DNA from: Candidatus Pacearchaeota archaeon
Lineage (GTDB): Archaea; Nanobdellota; Nanobdellia; UBA10117; JAFCGA01
NCBI GenBank assembly: GCA_017608345.1
Contig: JAFCGA010000004.1
Location: forward strand, 57 to 64,056
Direction: 5' to 3'
DNA length: 64,000 nt
The notes below the pieces were generated by a model. That model did no database searches, was not told the DNA's origin, and was given only the letters and a program-made list of their open reading frames with translations. The translations under genes and the position numbers were made by a program. How positions within the stretch are numbered: the stretch's first letter is position 1; each line of letters begins with the position of its first letter. Shown in pieces: positions 1 to 12,000 of this stretch.

Positions 1-2
1 TT

Positions 3-3000
3 TCTCTTAGTGTTAGGGGCGGGGAAATTAGATATGGAAGAGATGTCGCGGGAGGAGTTACTAATCGACAATGCTATTCTGAAGTTGGCGCAAATGATAG
101 TGCATGGCATTTTGTTTCATGGTCTTCAGATGGTACAAAGAATTACTTCAGTTTCGACGGAAGCATAATCACTGACGGAGATATAACTTGCAGCTCAGGT
201 ACAATGGATGGTCTATGGTTCAACGATCAAGCAACCGATACTAATTCGATTGGTGTCTTAGATAGACTCGCAGATGGGGGCTATTTCAACGGTACAATTG
301 ATGAGTTTACTATGTATGATCGAAATCTTTCAGCAGCAGAAATCCATCAACTCTACCTCGGAGGCAGAGACGGCGGCAACATAAGGAACTCTTCCTCGAC
401 TGCTGTTGGGGAGAATTATACTTGCGAAGTTAGACCGTTGGATTATGAAGATTGGGGAATTGCTAAGAACTCAACAAATCTAACTGTGTTAAACACACCG
501 CCGATAACAATAGATGCAAATGTATCTCCGTTCTCTCCAAATGCTAGCGTTGAGCTATTAGGTTATTGTAATTCCTCAGATGAGGACAACGATACGATTA
601 ACTTCTATTACAAATGGTTCCGAGACGGAGTCTTTAACTTGAGTGGGTATAACGGAGGAGCATTTACGCAAGGAATAGAAGTTAATGTTCACAATTTATC
701 AGCAGGAAATACTTCGAAAGGACAGAATTGGACCTTTTCTTGTCTAGCTAACGATGGTACGGTTAATGCTTCTTCTTGGCAGAATGGTTCAGTGGTGATT
801 CAGAGTACGGCTCCAACTCATTTGAACCCAATCTTAAATGCAACTTCCGTTAATAATTACACAACGGATAATCTGACTTGCTATAATCAAAGTACTGCGG
901 ATATAGATTCAGACTACGTTGTCAATAAATACTCTTGGTATAAGAACGGAGCTTTGAACGCTACAACTGTGTTCTTGAATGCTAGCACTGTGTTGTATAT
1001 GCCTTTTGAGCCGAACTTTACAGCTAGCGATAATTCGACTGCGGGAGTCTTAGATTATGCTAGCACTAATAATGGTCGCTTGGGTAATTCTACTGCTGGG
1101 ACTCAGCCTAATTGGATTACAAGTGGAAAGATCGGTGGAGCTTATGAGTTCGATGGAGTTGATGATTATATTGATACTGGGTTCACATTACCTTCTGGCA
1201 GTTCTTTAATGAAAAGTTACGAATTTAGTGTAGCTGCCTGGGTTAAAGTTCCTTCAACTTCTGTCGCGGCAGATAATAGCATCGTAATACGCGCAGACAC
1301 AGCCGGTGGCACGTGTGGTGACTGGAATTTAAGATTAGGTACGACTGGAGATTGGGAGTTTTGGGTTCTGCAGACAGATAATGGTTGGGTGGATGGAACT
1401 GATGTTGCTACAGCAAATTACGCTGCTACAGCTAATGAATGGGTTCATCTAGTAGGTGTATGGAATGGCACGGATAATCTTTATGTAAATGGAGTTCTAA
1501 GAGATAGTGCTTCAGCTACTGGAAACGAAGCTAATGAAGAAACTACGAATATAGAAATCGGTGCGTTTCAGCTCGGCGCTGCAGCAGGATTTCCCTTCAA
1601 CGGCTCAATCGATGAAGTCCAGATCTACAACAGAACACTTTCAGCAGCAGAAATCCACCAGCTCTACCTCGGAGGAAGAGACGGTGGCAACATAAGAGAT
1701 TCTTCCTCTACTGCGACTGGAGAGAATTATATCTGTGAAGTTCAGCCGTTAGACTATGAAGATCAAGGAACAGCAAAGAATTCCACAGCTCTGACAGTAC
1801 TAAACACACCGCCAATTACAATTGATGCAAACGTTTCGCCTTTGACTGTAACCACTTCAATTGATCTGCAAGGATATTGCAATGGAACCGATGTTGATAA
1901 TGCTACGATTAATTATTATTACCGATGGTACAAAGATGGAGCTTTGGACTTGAGTGGTTACAATGGTAACGGTTTTGCGCAAGCATCTGAAGTTAATATT
2001 CACAATCTCTCAGCAGGAAATACTTCAAGGGGGCAGAACTGGACCTTTTCTTGCTTGGCGTATGATGGCCTTTCTAATGCTACTTCGTGGAAGAATGGTT
2101 CTGTGGTGATATCTAATGCAGCTCCAACCCATTCTATGCCTTGGTTGGGAGCTCATGTTCCATTTGGGACTTCGGTAGCTTTGGATGATGGTATCGTTGG
2201 TTACTGGCAGTTTGAGTATGATAATGGAACTCATACGATGGATGAGACTGGGGTTAATAACGGTAGCTTGCAAGGACCAACTCTGAATGAGAGTGGGAGA
2301 GTTGGGAAGGCGTATAGCTTTGATGGTGGGGATTATATTAATACTACTAGTGGTCCAAGCGCAATATCTAGCGATATAACTCTTTCGGCATGGATTAAGA
2401 CAGGGAGCGATGCAACAAGCAGGGCTATCGTTGCATCAAGAGAAGGATCTGCTCCAAATCCCGGATGGGAATTTTTTGTACGTGCTTCAGGTAATGGAAA
2501 TGTGCTCTTATTTCAAAATGACAACGGAGGTTACAGAGTAGGGTCAACAAATGTAAGAGATAATGCTTGGCATCATGTAGTTGGCGTAAGAGACAATGGT
2601 GTTTTCCATGTTTATGTAGATGGAGCAAATGACGATGGTGCAAATACTAATGAAGGAACAGATATGAGCAGTTCAGAGAACACACTAATCGGATTGTCTG
2701 CTGCTAATGTTGGGTCTTATTTCAACGGCTCCATCGATGAAGTAACAATCTGGAACAGATCTCTCTCAGCAGCAGAAATCTCCGAAATCTACAACAAATC
2801 CAGAGGAACTTTCAATACTTACTCCAATGAAGATATTTCTTGCGCTGTTAATACTTCGTCTGACTCAGATGGAGATAATCTAACATATATTTACAATTGG
2901 TATAAGGATGATGCTCCGATGATGGCGCTGTATATGCCTTTTGATCATGATGATTCTGGCGGTGTGAATACTACTAAGGATTATTCTGGCTCTGAGAATC

Positions 3001-6000
3001 ATGGGCAATTGGGTAGTGGTGCTGATGGAGATGGGGCTGAGCCGGTTTGGAATTCAACAGGTTTCATTGGGGGAGCTTATGATTTTGATGGGGAGGATGA
3101 TTATATAACTCTACAAGATAGCAGTGATTGGGTTCTCAATAATAAATTCACCATCACAGCATGGGTGAAATTAGCAGGTATAAGCGAACTATACCCATTT
3201 AGCCAAAGACAAAACGATGATAATCGAATGTACTATCTCTTAAGAAATAGTAATAATATCTCGAGGCTGTTTGTAAAGAGCGGGGCTTCAGTCATAGTTA
3301 ATGTAGAACATCCAGTGCAATATATGCCAAATATATGGTACCATGTAGCCATAGTAGCTAATGGAACTAATTACTCTACTTTTAAAAATGGTATTCTTAT
3401 CAACGCTTCTGCGGAAGCAGATGGTGTACCGGACTTTAATGGTCAGGCATATATTGGTACTGATCAATTTAGCGGAGGTCCGAGTTATTCAAATGGCTCA
3501 ATAGATGATGTCCGAATCTACAACTATGCCTTATCAACTAACCAAATCAAAGCTCTCTACCTCAACAAAACCAACACGATCGTCTCAGCAGAAACCAATG
3601 TTGGTGAGAACTATACTTGTGAAGTCACACCTAACGATGCTACAGTAGATGGAACACTTCTTAATTCAAGTACTTTGATAATTTACAATGCTCCACCAAT
3701 AACAATTGATGCTAACGTTTCGCCATTAACTGTAACGACGTCTATTGACCTACAAGGTTATTGCAATGGAACTGATGTGGATAATGCTACAATCAATTAC
3801 TACTACAGATGGTATAAAGATGGAGCTTTGGACTTGAGTGGTTACAATGGTAACGGTTTCACTCAAGGAGTAGAAGTAAATGTTCATAATCTCTCAGCGG
3901 GGAATACTTCGAAAGGACAGAACTGGACCTTCTCCTGTTTGGCTTATGATGGCCTTTCTAATGCTACTTCATGGCAGAATGGTTCTGTGGTAATATCTAA
4001 CGCAGCTCCAACTCATTCGATTCCATGGTTGGGAGCGCATGTTCCTTACGGGACTTCGGTAGCTTTGGATGATGGTATTGTTGGTTACTGGCAGTTTGAG
4101 TATGATAATGGAACTCATACGATGGATGAGACTGGGTTGAATAACGGTACGTTAGTTGGTGTGAATCTTACTCATGAAGGAAAGGTCGGGAAGGCATATG
4201 AATTTGGAAATGGAACTTGGATTGATACCAATAGCAATGATTTAGGAATAAGCGATCCATCCGCAATAGCTATCTCGACATGGATCTATCCAATAGGGCA
4301 ATCCGAAAGTAGTCATATTGTAAATGATTATAATAGATCTTCGATTAGAGGATGGATATTGACATTAGAGACAGATAATAGACTACACGCAGTCAATATT
4401 AATGGTGCTGGAATAAGAAGAGATAGCTATGCTAATCCTCTCAGCTTAAACCAATGGCATCATATTGTCGCAGTAATTTATCCAAACACAACTTTCCCAG
4501 TTATATATTTAGACGGAAATATAAGTCATAATGCTACAGTTTCTGCTGGAGCGCCGGCGGCCTTATACCGCGGAGGCGGTAACGTAATAATCGGACGGCA
4601 GTCCGCATATAATCTTGGCAATGAAAGATACTTCAACGGCTCAATAGATGAAGTAACCATCTGGAACCGCTCGTTATCAGCAGCAGAGATCTCCGAAATC
4701 TACAACAAATCCAGAGGAACTTTCAATACTTACTCTAACGAAGATATTTCTTGCGCGGTTAATAATACCGCTGATGCTGACTGCTATGATGAAGAAACAG
4801 AAATATTAACTGAAAAGGGTTGGAAATATTTCAAAGATTTAACCAATGAGTCAGTTCTGACTCTAAATCCAGAGACACATGAGCAAGAATACCAAGAGCC
4901 GCTAGCATATCAAAATTACAATGTCCGAGGGGACATGTATAGAATAACAACAGAAAGGGGAGACTTGCTAGTCTCGCCTAAACATAAGGTTTATGCTAAG
5001 ATAGAATCACCGTCGGTAGGCGCTGTCGTGATGCTCGAAAGCCAAGAAAATGACGATTTTTCTAGCCTCATCGACTTCGTACTTAAGGACAAAACTCTTG
5101 CGAATATGGACTCTTCTCTCTCCCTTGAGCGAATACCTCAAGGATTTGTAGCGGAGCGGATTTTGAATAATCTCGCTCATCTTCCGCTTGAGAGCTTTTT
5201 CCAGGACGGGATTTCTACTACAAGCCTTATCAATCTCACGCTTACACTTCGGATGAATAACAGAAGTATAGCTCATTTCAACGACTCAAAGAATTCGTCT
5301 ACAGAATTAAACTTAATGAAAGGTCCTCTTTTCCTTTCCTCTATCTCCTTAGCAAATTCTTCCCGCTGTGGCAGCTCGTCCACCGGATGCCAGTCAATTT
5401 TCTCGCAGAACTTCCAAGCTTTATTTGATAGCTCTCCAGTTTTAATAAATTCGTCAAATATAGTTTTCTTTAATGCTTCTTCCCTACTTAATCTAGACCA
5501 ATTAACCCAAGAGAGTTCTCTAATCCAATGTTTAAGCTCTTCGGATATTGATAATACTACGTTTGCCATTTACAGCTTACCTTCCCGAACTAATTGTTCG
5601 AATTTCCGCAATTGCGCTACTTTCTTTTCTAAGACGCCCCTTAGGAATACGGGCCAATTAACTTCGGGACAGTTATCCATCCTTTCTTTTATTTCATCTG
5701 GAAAGGATAATGTCAGTGTAGTCATTTTACCTTTGGATTCTTTAGATACCATTTCACAGAATCCTGTGGATACACAGGATTATAAAGCTTCCGATTACGA
5801 GCTCGTCAATATCGTAGATATTTATGAGAATCCTAGCGAGAAGATATATTTCCTAGACGAAGCTGGGAATGAGATCTTCGTTGAGTCAATTACTAAAGAA
5901 TATTATTCAGGTAAAATATATGATGTTGACGTTGAGAATAATATTGTTCTAGTTAGACGCGGTGAATTAGTTACTTGGAGCGGTAACTCTGATAATCTAA

Positions 6001-9000
6001 CTTACATTTACAATTGGTACAAAGACGATGAGCCTTTGATGGCGCTGTATATGCCTTTTGATCATGATGATTCTGGCGGTGTGAATACTACTAAGGATTA
6101 TTCTGGCTCGGAGAATCATGGGCAGCTAGGTGGTGTAGCTGATGATGATGCTGGGGAGCCGACTTGGAATGCTACGGGTGGTTATTATGGTGGTGCTTAT
6201 GATTTTGATGGGGAGGATGATATTATTAATCGTTCTAGTTTTCCAGGAGCTACTTCTACTGCGATAACAGTAAGTGCATGGTTTTATCCAAAGCAGCATT
6301 CTGCTTCTCTTAATGGATATTTCCAATATGGAGTAGATCCTCCAGCAGGTCAGAATTATTTCAGAATTTATTCGCTCTCTTCTTTTTTAGCATTGCGTAC
6401 TAGAACTTCCGCCGCAGATTATCGCTATTATAATATTACAAACACTGCAGAGATTCCGACTAATAATTGGTATCATATAGTTACTGTCTGGGACGGAACA
6501 ACAAAGAACGTGTATATAAATGGAGTAAACCAAACACTTCAATTATTAAACCAGGGTGGTGCAGATACGGATTATACTAATATAAATAATAATCAAATCT
6601 TACGTATTGGAAATAGTTATTCCGCACCCGCAAATTATCCCTTCAACGGCACAATAGATGAAGTTAGAATCTACAACTATTCCTTATCAGCTAACCAAAT
6701 CAAAGCTCTCTACCTCAACAAAACCAACACAATCGTCTCAGAAGAAACCAATGTTGGTGAGAACTATACTTGCGAAGTCACGCCGAATGATGCTACAACT
6801 GATGGACCCTTGCTAAACTCTTCAACGCTGATAATCTACAACGCTCCACCAATAACAATCGATGCTAACGTATCCCCTCTAACTGTAACGACTGCTATTG
6901 ATTTGCAAGGATACTGTAATGGAACTGATGTAGATAATGCTACGATTAATTACTATTACAGATGGTACAAAGACGGAGCTCTAGACCTAAGTGGTTACAA
7001 TGGTAACGGCTTTACTCAAGGTGTTGAGGTTAATGTGCATAATCTCTCAGCGGGAAATACTTCGAAAGGTCAGAACTGGACCTTTTCTTGTCTAGCTAAT
7101 GATGGCCTTTCTAACGCAACGTCTTGGCAGAATGGCTCTGTTGTAATATCTAACGCAGCTCCAACGCATTCTCGGCCTTGGCTAGGTGCGCATGTTCCTT
7201 TCGGAACTTCTGTAGCTTTGGATGATGGAATCGTTGGTTACTGGCAGTTTGAGTATGATAATGGAACTCATACGATGGATGAGACGGGGGTTAATAATGG
7301 TAGCTTGCAAGGACCAACTCTTAATGAGAGTGGGAGAATTGGAAAAGACTATAGTTTTGATGGGAATGACTATATAAATACTGGAAATGACAACAGTATA
7401 AACCTAACTGGAGCATTAACGCTATCCGCATGGGTAAAATTAAACTCAAATGGAACAGTCCAGCGGTTTATTAGTAAGCCATCTCAAGGAACTTGGGGCG
7501 GAGACTTTGCTAGATACAGCTTATTGCTGCAGACGAACAATCCTCGCTTCTGGGTAGAGAGTAATTTTAACACAGTTCAATGTGTTGATTATGTATTTCC
7601 ACTAAATGAATGGGTACATCTAGCAGGTGTCTTTGATGGAACCACCGATGCAGGAAGCTTGAAGATATACGTAAATGGTATAGAAAACTGCACTGGAGCA
7701 TCAGCCACAGCAGCTGTAACTGCCAGCAGTCAGGACTTAATTATTGGTCAACGCCATGCAGCAGATGGTGGCGAGTATGTCGACGGCTCAATAGACGAAG
7801 TAACTATCTGGAACCGCTCCTTATCAGCAACAGAGATCTCCGAAATATACAACAAATCCAGAGGAACTTTCAATACTTACTCAAATGAAGATATTTCTTG
7901 CGCGGTTAATACTTCGTCTGACTCAGATGGGGATAATCTAACTTACATCTACAACTGGTACAAGGATGATGCTCCTTTGATGGCTTTGTATATGCCTTTT
8001 GATCATGATGATTCTGGCGGTGTGAATACAACTAAGGATTATTCTGGGTCTGAGAATCATGGGCAGCTAGGTGGTGTAGCTGATGGAGATGGGGCAGAGC
8101 CTACTTGGAACTCAACAGGATATGTTGGGGGAGCTTACGAGTTTGATGGTGTTGATGATTATATTAATATCTCAACTAGCACAAGTTTAAGCCCGGGAAC
8201 TAGCAACTTCTCAATCTCTGTATGGTTCCGAACTTCGCATCCAGATTACAGCGGTCAGGCGGGAGATATAATCAGAAACTACGGAAGCGATACAGATAAT
8301 TTGTATTCTCTTACAGTAAATACTGATAATAAAATGCTAGCAAGTTATCGGGATGGTGATGCAGATGATTTGATTATCTCTGCTCAAGGTTCAGCCGTCA
8401 ATGATGGAAAATGGCATCATTCTGTCTCAGTGAGGACTTCCTTAACTACTTCAGCACTATACTTAGATGGTGTTCAAATTGGAACCGACGCGGATGCAGC
8501 GATTGGTAATATCGATACAAGCAATGGTCGTGATTTATGTATCGGAACTTACTCTGATGCTGCGGGATGTACTAACTTAGAATTTAATGGCTCAATAGAT
8601 GACGTCCGTATCTACAACTACTCCTTATCAGCAAACCAAATCCAAGCTCTCTACCTCAACAAAACCAATACAATTGTTTCAGAAGAAACCACAGTTGGTG
8701 AGAACTACACCTGCGAGGTTACTCCAAATGATGCTACAACAGATGGAACTTTGCTGAACTCTTCTACTTTGATAATTTACAATGCTCCACCAATAACCAT
8801 CGATGCTAACGTTTCGCCATTAACTGTAACGACGTCTATTGACCTACAAGGTTATTGCAATGGAACCGATGTAGATAATGCTACAATTAATTATTACTAC
8901 AGATGGTACAAAGATGGAGCTTTAGATCTGAGCGGATATAATGGAGCTGGCTTTACTCAAGGAGTTGAAGTTAATGTTCACAACTTATCCGCTGGAAACA

Positions 9001-12000
9001 CTTCAAAAGGACAGAACTGGACCTTTTCTTGTCTAGCTTATGATGGCCTTTCTAATGCTACTTCCTGGCAGAATGGATCTGTTGTGATTGCTAATGCTGC
9101 TCCAACGCATTCAGTTCCGTGGTTGGGAGCGCATGTTCCTTATGCAACTTCGGTAGCTTTGGATGATGGAATTGTTGGTTACTGGCAATTTGAGTATGAT
9201 AATGGAACTCATACGATAGATGAGACTGGGGTGAATAACGGTACGCTATATGGACCGACTCTTAATGAAAGTGGGAGAGTTGGTAAGGCTTATTCGTTTA
9301 ATGGTAGTGGCGATTATATTGAAATACAGTACAACGCAGCTTTAGATGTTACAAATGGAGACTATAGTTTTGCTCTTTGGATGAAATGTAATAGAATAAG
9401 TATAAATGATATGGCTATTGATTTTGATGATCCTGGAGACGATGATGAAGTTTGGGTGGATTGTTCTAGAGCAAGAAGTTACGATGGTGTTTATTCTGAT
9501 GCACTAGACTTCGCTGCTACAAAGAATTGGACGCATATTGTTGTTACAAAAACAGGTACAACTGCAAGAATATACCAAGATAGTGTTTTAGCAGATACTG
9601 TAGGGAATTGGAAATCATTTGCGGGCGCAGAGCTTAATCTCGGTTATAGGGAAAGAACTGCTGATGGCTTCTTTAATGGCTCAATAGATGAAGTAACCAT
9701 CTGGAACCGCTCTTTATCGGCAGCAGAGATCTCCGAAATCTACAACAAGTCTAGAGGAACTTTCAATACTTACTCAAACGAAGATATCTCTTGCGCGGTT
9801 AATACTTCGTCTGACTCTGATGGGGATAATCTAACTTATATTTACAATTGGTATAAGGATGATGCTCCGTTGATGGCGCTGTATATGCCTTTTGATCATG
9901 ATGACTCTGGCGGTGTGAATACTACTAAGGATTATTCTGGCTCTGGGAATGAGGGGCAATTAGGAGCAGGAGCTGATGGAGATGCTGGGGAGCCGACTTG
10001 GACTTCGGAGGGATATTATAGTGGCGCCTATAGCTTTGATGGTACTGACGATTATATTACTGCGGGGAATGATGCGAAGCTACAACTTACTGGTGCACTT
10101 ACTATATCTTTTTGGATCAATCCAGACAACAATAATGCATTTTGCCCAACAGATCCATACTGCGGATTAATCGATAAAGGCGGATATACTAGTACACAGG
10201 GAGGCTGGGGTTTTTATGGTGATGATTCTGCGGATGGCAGTCTAGCTTTTTATGTTGATTCGGATCTTGCTGGAGGCGGTACTTCCGGAGTTTGGGCCAA
10301 TACAACTACTTGGACAGCAGGACAATGGTATCATATTGTTGCAACTTTTGACGGTACGGTGGGCGCAGATAGTTTGAAAATATATCTAAATGGAACATTA
10401 GACAATTCATCTGCTTCAGCAACCGCTACAACCCTGGGAGGACCGAATCTTGACTTAGAGATCGGGAGAACTAGTGAGCTTGCTGGTCATAATTTTGATG
10501 GCACAATAGATGACGTAAGAATCTACAATTATTCTCTATCAGCAAATCAAATCAAAGCTCTCTACCTCAACAAAACCAACACTATTGTCTCAGAAGAAAC
10601 AACAGTAGGCGAGAACTATACTTGCGAAGTCACTCCGAATGATGCTACAACCGATGGAACCTTGCTAAATTCTTCAACTTTGATAATTTACAATGCTCCG
10701 CCAATAACGATTGATGCTAACGTATCTCCTTTGACTGTAACCACTTCTATTGATCTGCAAGGTTATTGCAATGGAACTGATGTAGATAATGCTACAATTA
10801 ATTACTATTACCGATGGTACAAGGATGGCGCTTTAGATCTAAGTGGTTACAATGGTAACGGTTTCACGCAAGGCTCTGAAGTAAATGTTCATAATCTCTC
10901 AGCTGGAAATACTTCGAAGGGTCAGAATTGGACCTTCTCTTGTTTAGCTTATGATGGCCTTTCTAATGCTACTTCGTGGAAGAATGGATCTGTGGTGATA
11001 GCTAATGCAGCTCCAACGCATTCAGTTCCGTGGTTGGGAGCTCATGTTCCTTATGCAACTTCGGTAGCGTTGGATGATGGAATAGTTGGTTACTGGCAGT
11101 TTGAGTATGATAATGGAACTCATACGATGGATGAGACTGGTTTGAATAACGGGAGTTTGAATAGCGGAGTTACTTTAAGTGAGGAAGGAAGAATTGGAAA
11201 AGACTACAATTTTGATGGTGTTAATGATTATATTTCCGTTGGAACTCCAACGAGTTATACAACTTTCTCTGTTTCTGCATGGGTAAAACCGACATTAAAC
11301 GGCGTGGCTGAACAAGCAATATTCGGCGGAGATACAGCAAATGGAAAATACCAGCCAATAGTATTGGTCAACTCTACCGGTTATCCGCGTGCAGCTGCAC
11401 ATCAAGCCAATAGCTATACTCTCAGTAACACTTCGATTGACGCAAATTCATGGGGTTATATAGTTTATGTTGTTAATGACAAGAATAATAAGATTTATCT
11501 TGACGGCATACTAATTGCCGAAAGTACTGAAGCTAATAGTCCTGGTGCTTGGGATCCAGTACACTATATTGGAAAGAGAGATAATGAGTGGTACTTCAAC
11601 GGCTCTCTCGATGAAGTCACTATCTGGAACCGCTCCTTATCAGCAACAGAAATCTCCGAAATATATAACAAATCCAGAGGAACTTTCAATACTTACTCAA
11701 ATGAAGATATTTCTTGCGCGGTTAATACTTCGTCTGACTCAGATGGGGATAATGTAACTTACATTTACAATTGGTACAAGGATGATGAGCCTTTGATGGC
11801 GCTGTATATGCCTTTTGATCATGATGATTCTGGTGGTGTGAATACTACTAAGGATTATTCTGGCTCGGGGAATAATGGGCAGCTAGGAAGTTCTGCGGAG
11901 GGAGATGGGGCTGAGCCGACTTGGAATTCTAGTTGCGTACTTGGAGGTTGTTATAATTTCGATAATAGCTCGACAGAATATATTGATTTAGCTGATGATA

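Larger units (their letters stand above)
4782..5987 (+). mobile_element. Intein (Hint domain, 402 aa) with no homing endonuclease; the central region is occupied by an antisense TA operon
   Basis: Block A 'CYDEETEILTEKGW', block B 'LLVSPKHKVY', block F/G 'YSGKIYDVDVENNIVLVRRGELVTWSGN' followed by Ser(+1). Removing it gives 'DAD-SDNLTYIYNWY', matching 'DSDGDNLTYIYNWY' in the sister repeats. Confidence 0.92.

Noticed and set aside
5007-5790. Degenerate homing endonuclease on the + strand of the intein
   Set aside because: No LAGLIDADG, HNH or GIY-YIG motif; the composition is what antisense translation of real genes produces.
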